Below, in pieces: positions 56,864-64,000 of a stretch of DNA of 64,000 nt. This DNA comes from Alphaproteobacteria bacterium (GTDB lineage: Bacteria; Pseudomonadota; Alphaproteobacteria; G963923945). Made by a program: the position numbers and the translations under genes. A model generated the notes under the pieces. That model had not been told where the DNA came from. It did not search any database and saw only the letters and a list, made by a program, of their open reading frames with translations. Where the stretch lies: assembly GCA_965199175.1 (NCBI GenBank), contig OZ240684.1:1448565-1512564 (forward strand). The letters are read 5' to 3'. Numbering within the stretch: the stretch's first letter is position 1; each line of letters begins with the position of its first letter.

Positions 56864-57960
56864 GATCTGACACCAACCGGCCAAAACGTATCATCGGTTG
56901 GGATATTGGGGGTGCTCATGTCAAGGGAGCCCTGTTTGAACAAGTGGGTGAAAACGATATCACCATTCTTGATGCCGTTCTCATTATGTGCCGGTTATGG
57001 GAAGGATTAAACCGTCTTGATGATGCGCTGGAAACGCTCTGCACGCATCTGGGTGCTGCCGATTGCTATGCCGTCACCATGACCGGTGAACTGGCCGATA
57101 TCTTTCCCAACCGGGCCGAAGGTGTGCGCAGTATTCTGAGACTCTCCCGGGACCATCTCTCCCGATCAACCCCTCCGGATCATCCCCAACCAGATCTGAT
57201 GATATATGGTGGTGGATGTGATTTTCTGGACCCGCTGAGTGCATATAACCACCCCCATTTTGTGGCCAGTGCCAACTGGCAGGCCCTGGGTGCCCTGACC
57301 GGAAACCGGGTGAAGAACTGTCTGGTGATGGATATCGGCAGTACCACCACCGATATCATTCCTCTGCGCGATGGTCGTATCCGACAATCCGGCCTGAGTG
57401 ATCATGAACGCTTGCGTGATGCCGGGTTGGTCTATAGCGGTGTTGTGCGCACCCCCCTGATTGCCCTGACCCGGGAGATTCTCTTTGAAGGGAATTCAAT
57501 CCCCCTGATGGCCGAGATGTTTGCAACCACCGCCGATATCTACCGTCTGCTGGAATGCCTGGACCCGCATAGCGACTGTGCTCCGACTGCCGATGGAGCC
57601 GGAAAAACCGCCACTGATTCAGCCCGGCGCCTCGCCCGTATGATTGGTCTTGATGCGGCAGAACGACCGCTTGCTGTCTGGCGCAGCCTGGCCGGACAGT
57701 TTGCTGATATTCAGTTCACAAACCTACGCATTGCCTGTCAAGACCGAATCAGACAAGAAGGACTACACCCCACCGACCCGATGATTGGGTATGGATGTGG
57801 ACAGTTCCTGATCAAAAAAATCGCCGCCAGCCTTGGATGTCCCTATGTCGGGGTCGAAACGCTTCTGGGGATCTCTGATGCTGATTTAGCTGCCCGGATT
57901 GCACTCTGTGGACCGGCGGTCGCGGTCGCCTGGCTTGCTGCAACATATTCAGCAGAGTGA
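56860..57960 (+). CDS. Hydantoinase/oxoprolinase-like 'H4MPT-linked C1 transfer pathway' protein (MfnF-like)
   Basis: 366 aa with IIGWDIGGAHVKGA and VMDIGSTTTDIIPL, ASKHA-fold motifs. Its start overlaps the stop of the upstream gene. Confidence 0.7.
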   Translation: MRSDTNRPKRIIGWDIGGAHVKGALFEQVGENDITILDAVLIMCRLWEGLNRLDDALETLCTHLGAADCYAVTMTGELADIFPNRAEGVRSILRLSRDHLSRSTPPDHPQPDLMIYGGGCDFLDPLSAYNHPHFVASANWQALGALTGNRVKNCLVMDIGSTTTDIIPLRDGRIRQSGLSDHERLRDAGLVYSGVVRTPLIALTREILFEGNSIPLMAEMFATTADIYRLLECLDPHSDCAPTADGAGKTATDSARRLARMIGLDAAERPLAVWRSLAGQFADIQFTNLRIACQDRIRQEGLHPTDPMIGYGCGQFLIKKIAASLGCPYVGVETLLGISDADLAARIALCGPAVAVAWLAATYSAE

Positions 57961-58670
57961 TCAGCAGAGTGAAGAGCCGCCTTGAGATGCCGCACGCGTT
58001 CAGGAACCAGCCGGCCCGTGCGATCCCCCTGCGCACAGAGCGCACCACGAAACCCGGCAACATCAGGAGCCAGCCGGTTAATCAACCCACTGTCTTCCAG
58101 ACATAAAGACCCGGCCAGACCAACCTCCAGACCCAGGCTGCGTCCGGCCATCACAAAAGCCGATAAAACAGAAAACGGCACATAATCGGTCAATCGGCCA
58201 ACCGCCTTATCGGCTGTATCAAGCATAACCCCCCGGCATCCGGCATCCGTCAACTGAGCCAGCCATGCCGAATCATCCAACCGAACCCCGGATTGCCGGG
58301 CTTTATCAACCGCAACAACAGCCACCGGCTGAACGCTCCCCCAGGCTATCCTGGCCACCATTTCCAGCCGCTGAGGATCATATCCATCAAACCCCATGGC
58401 GAATTTGACCGTATCAACACCGCTGGCTGCAAAAGCAGTCCAGTCATCCTCCAGCTGTTTGCCTTGATTGACCGGATGAACCGGGTCGCCGGCCGCCGCA
58501 CTCACCCGGCATCGTCCAGCCACAATCCCCACCGCCCGGGCAATCTTATCCAGAGACCACGCACCCAAAGCCCCTTTCTCCGGATCTTTGAGATCAATGA
58601 TATCGGCCCCGGCGGTTAGCCCAATCTCTAACTCAGCAAGCGTCGCCACGCTGGCAAGAAACAACGTCAC
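57843..58670 (-). CDS. (5-formylfuran-3-yl)methyl phosphate synthase-like protein (MfnB/DUF556 family)
   Basis: MTLFLASVATLAELEIGLTAGADIIDLKDPEKGALGA is a typical family N-terminus. The last 40 or so codons overlap the convergent gene. Confidence 0.75.
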   Translation of the reverse strand: MTLFLASVATLAELEIGLTAGADIIDLKDPEKGALGAWSLDKIARAVGIVAGRCRVSAAAGDPVHPVNQGKQLEDDWTAFAASGVDTVKFAMGFDGYDPQRLEMVARIAWGSVQPVAVVAVDKARQSGVRLDDSAWLAQLTDAGCRGVMLDTADKAVGRLTDYVPFSVLSAFVMAGRSLGLEVGLAGSLCLEDSGLINRLAPDVAGFRGALCAQGDRTGRLVPERVRHLKAALHSADHSAEYVAASQATATAGPQSAIRAAKSASEIPRSVSTPT

Positions 58671-59317
58671 GGCGATTGCCCGGAAACCGGAGCATGACGG
58701 GTCGCCTTAAACGTTTCTAAATGCTCCATCAACCACCCCCAGGATTGCCATTCACCCGGACCCGCCGTCTTCGAGACCGCCACCGCCAAATAGTCTATTT
58801 CCCGCTCAATTTTCTCCAACGGCAAAATATGCAGACGACTCATGAGGATTGCCGCCTCAATCACCGCTGCCTGAGCACGATTAAAACCAGGAAATGCAGC
58901 ATGAGATTGCCGATGGGTTATGGCACAATGAAACCGTGGCCGTTGCACATCATCATCATCAATCCGCACAACCCGGATTGCCGCATGAGCCAGAGCATCC
59001 TGCAACCGCACCCCGCCACCCTCAACCGGACAGAGAGGAAATTCCCGCCGCCCGGTCAGACAGCCGGCAAAAAACCGGGAATCATTGGTGAAATTGATCA
59101 CTGCCTGTCGATGAGCAAACAGATTATCCAGGCTGCGTGATGGTCGATACGGTGCGATGATTACCTGATCCTCTTCAATCTGAATGCCAAAGGGCGCATG
59201 ATGGGCCTGGCTGACCGGGGAATCAGACAGACCCGAAGTGCCGGGCGGATTCATCGTGGTTAAAATGATCTCATAGATTGGTCGGGCCGGCAGAGTATCA
59301 GACATGGCTGCCCTCAT
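58667..59317 (-). CDS. DUF447-like (split-barrel flavin-binding-like) protein of the C1 island
   Basis: 216 aa with IYEIILTT...PFGI....D.VIIAPYRPSRSLDNL. The family assignment is from memory. Confidence 0.6.
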   Translation of the reverse strand: MRAAMSDTLPARPIYEIILTTMNPPGTSGLSDSPVSQAHHAPFGIQIEEDQVIIAPYRPSRSLDNLFAHRQAVINFTNDSRFFAGCLTGRREFPLCPVEGGGVRLQDALAHAAIRVVRIDDDDVQRPRFHCAITHRQSHAAFPGFNRAQAAVIEAAILMSRLHILPLEKIEREIDYLAVAVSKTAGPGEWQSWGWLMEHLETFKATRHAPVSGQSP

Positions 59318-60756
59318 GGTTCAGGGTTCGGCCCAAGCGAAGGCTTAGGCTGCCCGCCGGACTGGCGGGTATTCTTTTTTTTGGACCGGGTTGGTCCCGG
59401 GGCATCAAAACATGTTGGGTCCTTCCCGGCTGTTGCCGCTGCAACCCCCCAATTCAACGGATTGTCCTGATTATATTTTTTGCCCAGACGCCAGGCGATT
59501 TCAGCCCGCGCCAATTCAACCCCCATATAAAAAGCATGGCCGGCATCCTCCTCCAGCCCCAGCTGCGGATACAAGCCAAACGGATCATCCCCAATTTGAT
59601 GGCCATCTCTGTTCATGACATGCACACCATCCTCAGCAACCGCGATACGAAAATTGGGATCCCTGATCATGGCCGCCAATTCACTCAGTTCCCGGGATGT
59701 ATATGTATAGGGCCGCCGGTCACGCAACCCCATCAGGCCTCCGTCAATCCCGACAGGCAGACGCTGCTGGCAATGGGCATAATAAAAAAGACGCCGCGCC
59801 CGGTCTGCTTCGGCCACCGCCCGGCGACAATGAGGACTCACCTGAACCACCAGAGCAGCGGTGATCCGAAGCTCTGAGATCAGACCAAACAGCAAAGCAT
59901 TCACCCCGGTGCTATCGGCATCAGTCAATTCGGTGAGGTTGCCAACCCCCATCAAAATATCCACATCCGGTAACCGGCCACGTAGCTGGTGGTAACGCAT
60001 CAGTGAATCTGCAAAACCATAATGAATCGGATCAAGAATCGGATCAGCATAAAAAGGACGCCCGGACTCGCGGACACAGTCAATCACTCTGAACAGGGAA
60101 TCCATGTCACCGGGCTGGGCTGGAATCAGAACCGGGATCGCCTCAACTTCCTCAGCAATATGCAGATTCCCCTCATGGAGCGATAAGAGATAATCAGCAC
60201 CCGCCCGGCCCCCACGTAACAATTCAGCATCCAAAGCCGAATCAACACTCACCCGATGCCCGGCCGAGCGAAGAGCCTGCACCGCATCCTCAAGATGGGG
60301 AAAGGAAACATCAGGCAAACAGCCAAGATCAATCACATCAGCACCATCAGCAACCATCCCGGAAGCACGCTCAAGAATCTGATCAACCGATAAACGCGGT
60401 GCATCAACAATTTCAGCAAAAATCAAACAATCATGCCGCGAAAGATCAGCCGCCTGTGGCCCCATGCCGAAATAACCGGGTAAATCAATCAGATCTTCAG
60501 GTCCGCGCTCAAACGGGGCCTGGTAATGCGCACTCAGACTGTCAGTGTCCCCCCGAAACCGTCCGGGAAGCAGCACACGATCAGCCCCTCCCAAATCGTC
60601 AACCCGCCGCCGAATGAGAGATTCAGACATCAGGGCAGCAACCGAAATACCGATTTGCCGCACATGATAGTCAAAATCCGGATTCATCGACTCCAGAATA
60701 CGCCGTAGCTGTTTTTCAGCCAGTTTACCGGTCAGGAAGAGGATGCGTTCAGACAT
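59314..60756 (-). CDS. Dihydropteroate synthase-related protein (H4MPT biosynthesis)
   Basis: 480 aa with N-terminal MSERILFLTGKLAEKQL and a pterin-binding-like core (GADVIDLGC...), plus a basic Pro/Lys C-terminal tail. Confidence 0.75.
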   Translation of the reverse strand: MSERILFLTGKLAEKQLRRILESMNPDFDYHVRQIGISVAALMSESLIRRRVDDLGGADRVLLPGRFRGDTDSLSAHYQAPFERGPEDLIDLPGYFGMGPQAADLSRHDCLIFAEIVDAPRLSVDQILERASGMVADGADVIDLGCLPDVSFPHLEDAVQALRSAGHRVSVDSALDAELLRGGRAGADYLLSLHEGNLHIAEEVEAIPVLIPAQPGDMDSLFRVIDCVRESGRPFYADPILDPIHYGFADSLMRYHQLRGRLPDVDILMGVGNLTELTDADSTGVNALLFGLISELRITAALVVQVSPHCRRAVAEADRARRLFYYAHCQQRLPVGIDGGLMGLRDRRPYTYTSRELSELAAMIRDPNFRIAVAEDGVHVMNRDGHQIGDDPFGLYPQLGLEEDAGHAFYMGVELARAEIAWRLGKKYNQDNPLNWGVAAATAGKDPTCFDAPGPTRSKKKNTRQSGGQPKPSLGPNPEP

Positions 60757-61316
60757 TGCAACCGCTCCTCAACCGCCAAAACCAGCGCATCCAGATTCTC
60801 AACCAATGTCACCCTCTCAAAGGACCGGAGCTTTTGGGTGTTTTCAAGATCAATCGACCGGGGGAATAACCTGACCAGTTCCCTGGGAGCCATGCTTTCC
60901 ATCTCCGGGGCGGTGTCACAGGCAAAATAAATGCACGGGATACGGCATTTACCAGCCTGAGCAAAAACATTGGTCACCAGCGTATCTGAGATACCATACA
61001 CACATTTAGCAACAGTATTGCTGGATGCCGGGGCAACAACCAATGTGTGATATATATTTTTGTAAAATTGCCCAACCGGGGCCGCACTGGCCGTTGTATC
61101 CCGGAACAATCGTATGGTTTCAGGAAGAGCATGATGCTGTTGATACATCCGCAAAACTTCTTCTGCTGCCTTGCTTGCGAAAATATCGACATCACCAATT
61201 TTTTTCATCAACTCAATGCTTTGAGAGAAAAAATGCCCGGAGCCCGTCAGAGCCCAGGCCCAACGTTGCGGCTCAGTCATCTCAGATACCATCTCAGACA
61301 TAATATCGACTTTCAT
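60732..61316 (-). CDS. Flavoprotein-family protein (AfpA/DmrB-like, candidate dihydromethanopterin reductase)
   Basis: 194 aa with WALTGSGHFF... and TLVVAPASSNTVAKC, flavoprotein-family motifs. Context is the C1 island. The 5' end lies inside a 58-bp tandem array. Confidence 0.65.
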   Translation of the reverse strand: MKVDIMSEMVSEMTEPQRWAWALTGSGHFFSQSIELMKKIGDVDIFASKAAEEVLRMYQQHHALPETIRLFRDTTASAAPVGQFYKNIYHTLVVAPASSNTVAKCVYGISDTLVTNVFAQAGKCRIPCIYFACDTAPEMESMAPRELVRLFPRSIDLENTQKLRSFERVTLVENLDALVLAVEERLQCLNASSS

Positions 61317-61506
61317 ACCAGGAATGCGGCTTAGCCATCTCAGATACCATCTCAGACACCGTATTAACTTTCATACCAAGGGTGGGACTCGGCTGTCTCA
61401 AACACCGTCTCAGACACCGTATTAACTTTCATACCAAGGGTGGGACTCGGCTGTCTCAAACACCGTCTCAAACACCGTGTCAATTTTCATACCAAGGGTC
61501 GGAGAG
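61262..61506. repeat. 58-bp tandem array x4.2 whose first copy contains the start codon of the flavoprotein gene
   Basis: Copies end in ...ctttcatacc, with cat at 61314, 61372, 61430 and 61488 (period 58). Copies 3 and 4 are nearly identical, and copies 1 and 2 are more diverged. Each unit contains a 12-nt sub-repeat (catctcagatac/catctcagaca, or gtctcaaacacc/gtctcagacacc). Confidence 0.95.
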
Positions 61507-61598
61507 TTTCAATACTCCACACATTTCTTTCCATCACCCCGGTCAACAGAGGTGCCCTTCTGTTTTAATATCCGCTCAATCAGTATGTGCCAGTATGA

Positions 61599-62123
61599 TC
61601 ACGGATTCTCATCTTCATAAGACAACAATGTTGCCACCGGCACATCGATACGGTTGCGCCCCATCAAACCGGAAAGCTCAATCAAACAGACCACGGCTGC
61701 CGGCTCAACCCCGATCCGGCGCATCAAATTGACTGCAGCTGCCGCCGTCCCGCCGGTCGCCACCAGATCATCCAGAATAACCGCCCGATCAAATGATCCA
61801 ATGATATCGGGCTGAATTTCGATGACATCAGTCCCGTATTCAAGGTCATATGTATGGGAGATCACTTTCCCCGGCAGTTTGCCTTTTTTTCGAATCATCG
61901 CAAAGCTGAGACCCAGCCTGGCTGCCAGTGGTGCTGCCAATAAAAAGCCGCGCGATTCAATCCCGACCAAAACATCAGGATGATATCCACGCACCATTGT
62001 CGTCAACCGCTCCAGAGCTGCCTGCCAGGCCGGCGGATGCGCCAATAATGTGGCAATGTCATAAAATAAAATTCCCGGCCTGGGAAAATCCGGAACAGTC
62101 CGAATATGTTCTTTTAAATTCAT
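61599..62123 (-). CDS. apt: Adenine phosphoribosyltransferase
   Basis: 174 aa with IRTVPDFPRPGILFYDI and the PRPP motif VILDDLVATGGTA. Confidence 0.93.
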   Translation of the reverse strand: MNLKEHIRTVPDFPRPGILFYDIATLLAHPPAWQAALERLTTMVRGYHPDVLVGIESRGFLLAAPLAARLGLSFAMIRKKGKLPGKVISHTYDLEYGTDVIEIQPDIIGSFDRAVILDDLVATGGTAAAAVNLMRRIGVEPAAVVCLIELSGLMGRNRIDVPVATLLSYEDENP

Positions 62124-62307
62124 AGAAAAACGACATTCACGGAAAAGCGATTGCTCAATGTTATCAGGAATAACCGGCCGGAAACGACCAAGATAGCTGT
62201 ATGATACTCTATCTCATTAAATGATCTGTTTTTAATAAAAGTGAGTATGCTTTTTTTGAAAAACCAAATGACCTGAAAACTCAGATATCTTAAACCCGGA
62301 TGCCTGG

Positions 62308-62353
62308 TAAAATTTAAAATCTAAAATTTAAAATCGTAGTAAAATTTAAAATC
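62308..62353. repeat. AT-rich repeat taaaatttaaaatc x3 (two adjacent copies, a third after a 4-nt gap)
   Basis: taaaatttaaaatc at 62308, 62322 and 62340. Confidence 0.85.
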
Positions 62354-62625
62354 CTAAAATGGCAAAATGATAAAAAAAGAATATAATGGTACACTGTAAA
62401 AAGTAAAAACCGCAATATCCCGACAGGCACCCAAACGATCCTGATATGCACTCAATGAGATGCGCGCTCAATGACTTGACACGCCAACGTCTCAGGGACC
62501 AAATGCAACAACCCGTCAGTCATGAGTCGACAACATGTCCCGGCAATGTATCATATGACCAATTTACCCTGAAATTTACACTGAAAATTACTTTAGCAGT
62601 CTGTATCAGAAGGAATCATGATCCC

Positions 62626-63717
62626 ATGCTTTCAGGTTATTGTGCCCATAATGCCCGGTTCTATCATCGGCTTTTTGCTGGCTTAAAGAATCTTTTCTCC
62701 CCTGGTGCTGTGGGGGTTGGGGTCGTCCTTGTGTGTTTGGTGGCTCTGCTGCCAGGCGGCAAACCAGCCGCAGCCGATAAGACAACATTCATTGATATTG
62801 GTACCGGCGGACCGACCGGGGTCTATTTCATTATCGGTCAGGCCATCTGCCGCCTGGTCAAGAAACAGGCCGTCCAGGCACGTAAAAATGATCGCCAGAC
62901 AAACCGCCTCTCCTGTGTTGCCCCGGCAACCGGCGGGTCGGTTGAAAATGTTCGCCATGTTGCCGGGGGTGAATTCGATTTTGGTATCGCTCAATCCGAT
63001 GTCCAGTACGAAGCCTATCACGGGGTTGGTAAGTTCCAGGATGCCCCCATGACCAATCTGCGGTCAGTCATGGCGTTCCATCCTGAACCATTTCACCTGG
63101 TGGTATCAGCACAATCCAAAGCCGAAAGCCTGACCGACCTGGTTGGTAAACGAGTCAATATCGGCAACCCATCTTCCGGACAGCGGGCCACAATGTCGCG
63201 CCTGATGTCGCTTTATGGGATTGAAAAAGATGATTTTTCCCTGGCCTCTCAGCTCAACTCCTCAGAACAATCCCAGGCTCTGTGCGACGGCAAAATTGAT
63301 GCGTTCGTCTATAGTGTCGGGGTGCCCAATGGCGGAGTCGCTTTAGCAACCGATGTCTGCGGAGCCCGTATTGTTAATCTGAATGGCCCCATCGAAAAAA
63401 CTCTGATCGAGACATATCCCTATTATGCTTTCTTTTCTATTCCTGCCGGGTCTTATGCAACCCTTCTGGAGCCAGCACACAGCTTTGGTGCTCAGGCGAC
63501 TTTGGTCACCCGGGCCGGGGTTCCTGATGACATTGTCTATGAACTGACCCGGACCATCATGGATAATATTTCTTCTCTGCGCCAACTGCATCCGGCTCTG
63601 GAAACTCTGGACCCGGCCGGGATGATCCAGGAAACGGCACGTGCTCCCCTCCATCCGGGAGCAGCCCGTTACTACCAGGAACGTGGGTGGCTGCCTGAAA
63701 CCGAATCAGCCCCCTGA
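62626..63717 (+). CDS. TAXI-family TRAP transporter solute-binding protein
   Basis: Signal peptide plus IGTGGPTGVYFIIGQAIC and HPGAARYYQERGW. Start chosen at 62626, with AGGA upstream; the ORF track begins at 62446. Confidence 0.85.
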   Translation: MLSGYCAHNARFYHRLFAGLKNLFSPGAVGVGVVLVCLVALLPGGKPAAADKTTFIDIGTGGPTGVYFIIGQAICRLVKKQAVQARKNDRQTNRLSCVAPATGGSVENVRHVAGGEFDFGIAQSDVQYEAYHGVGKFQDAPMTNLRSVMAFHPEPFHLVVSAQSKAESLTDLVGKRVNIGNPSSGQRATMSRLMSLYGIEKDDFSLASQLNSSEQSQALCDGKIDAFVYSVGVPNGGVALATDVCGARIVNLNGPIEKTLIETYPYYAFFSIPAGSYATLLEPAHSFGAQATLVTRAGVPDDIVYELTRTIMDNISSLRQLHPALETLDPAGMIQETARAPLHPGAARYYQERGWLPETESAP

Positions 63718-63769
63718 ACCTCCGGCCCATGATACCCTCAGATCAAGGACCGTGATAAACAGCCAGAGC

Positions 63770-64000
63770 ATGCCTCACTCCAGTACCCTATCTGAGCATA
63801 AGGCAGCCCCCCAGGCTCCGGAACCACGCGCTATTAACACATTGGCTCAGAATGCCAAATGCGCGGTTTTGGCGATCGGCTTCTCCTGGACGGTTTTTCA
63901 ACTCTGGATTGCCTCACCGCTCCCGTTTACTTTCGGCTTTGGAGTCTTAAACAGTATTGAAATCCGTGGCCTGCATCTGGCTTTTGCCCTGGCATTATGC
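63770..64000 (+). CDS. TRAP transporter fused permease (TAXI-associated), 5' fragment running off the window
   Basis: My own translation from the ATG at 63770 gives ...LAIGFSWTVFQLWIASPLPF...IEIRGLHLAFALAL, typical of the permease N-terminus. It follows the TAXI gene. Confidence 0.7.
   Translation, partial: MPHSSTLSEHKAAPQAPEPRAINTLAQNAKCAVLAIGFSWTVFQLWIASPLPFTFGFGVLNSIEIRGLHLAFALALC

Noticed and set aside
61530-61565. Imperfect hairpin aacagagg-tgc-ccttctgtt followed by ttttaat near the apt 3' end, as a terminator
   Set aside because: The T-run is on the plus strand, where no upstream plus-strand gene exists. Read on the minus strand (downstream of apt) it lacks a U-tract. The orientation is inconsistent with a simple intrinsic terminator.

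Overview
This 64 kb window looks like an alphaproteobacterial chromosome (Rhodospirillales-like), judged from the split pntAA/pntAB/pntB, motE, a CckA-like kinase and ethylmalonyl-CoA pathway genes. All calls come from reading the ORF translations; no searches were run.

Gene content falls into six blocks:
- 1-19.8 kb: flagellar and motility cluster (flgA/G/F, fliL/M, motE-like, cheY/cheZ, two MotB-like genes, a 1226-aa repeat/TPR protein, fliP/O, a stand-alone FlhB C-terminal-domain gene, csrA, flgB/C, fliE/Q/R, flhB).
- 20-26.8 kb: a PAS hybrid histidine kinase (CckA-like), recA and alaS.
- 27-32 kb: ethylmalonyl-CoA pathway genes (MaoC-type hydratase, ccr, ecm).
- 32.3-38.4 kb: a Nudix gene, pntAA/AB/B and a glycosyltransferase.
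- 38.5-41.5 kb: an AT-rich three-gene cassette (2-TM protein, ImmA/IrrE Zn-peptidase, Beta-family protein) next to an orphan beta-class DNA methyltransferase.
- 41.6-61.3 kb: a near-complete H4MPT/methylofuran-linked formaldehyde-oxidation island (fhcBADC, mptG, mtdB, mch, fae and cofactor-biosynthesis ORFs), followed by apt and a TAXI-TRAP transporter.

The best candidate for an undescribed system is the 38.5-40.5 kb cassette. The most striking non-genic signal is that many of the longer, AT-rich intergenic spacers, and a few gene termini, carry short tandem duplications (13-23 bp units, very often 15 bp, plus one 58 bp x4 array and one roughly 10-unit dyad array upstream of fae). Several of these duplications copy a start codon.

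I recognised no rRNA, tRNA, CRISPR array, transposase or integrase.
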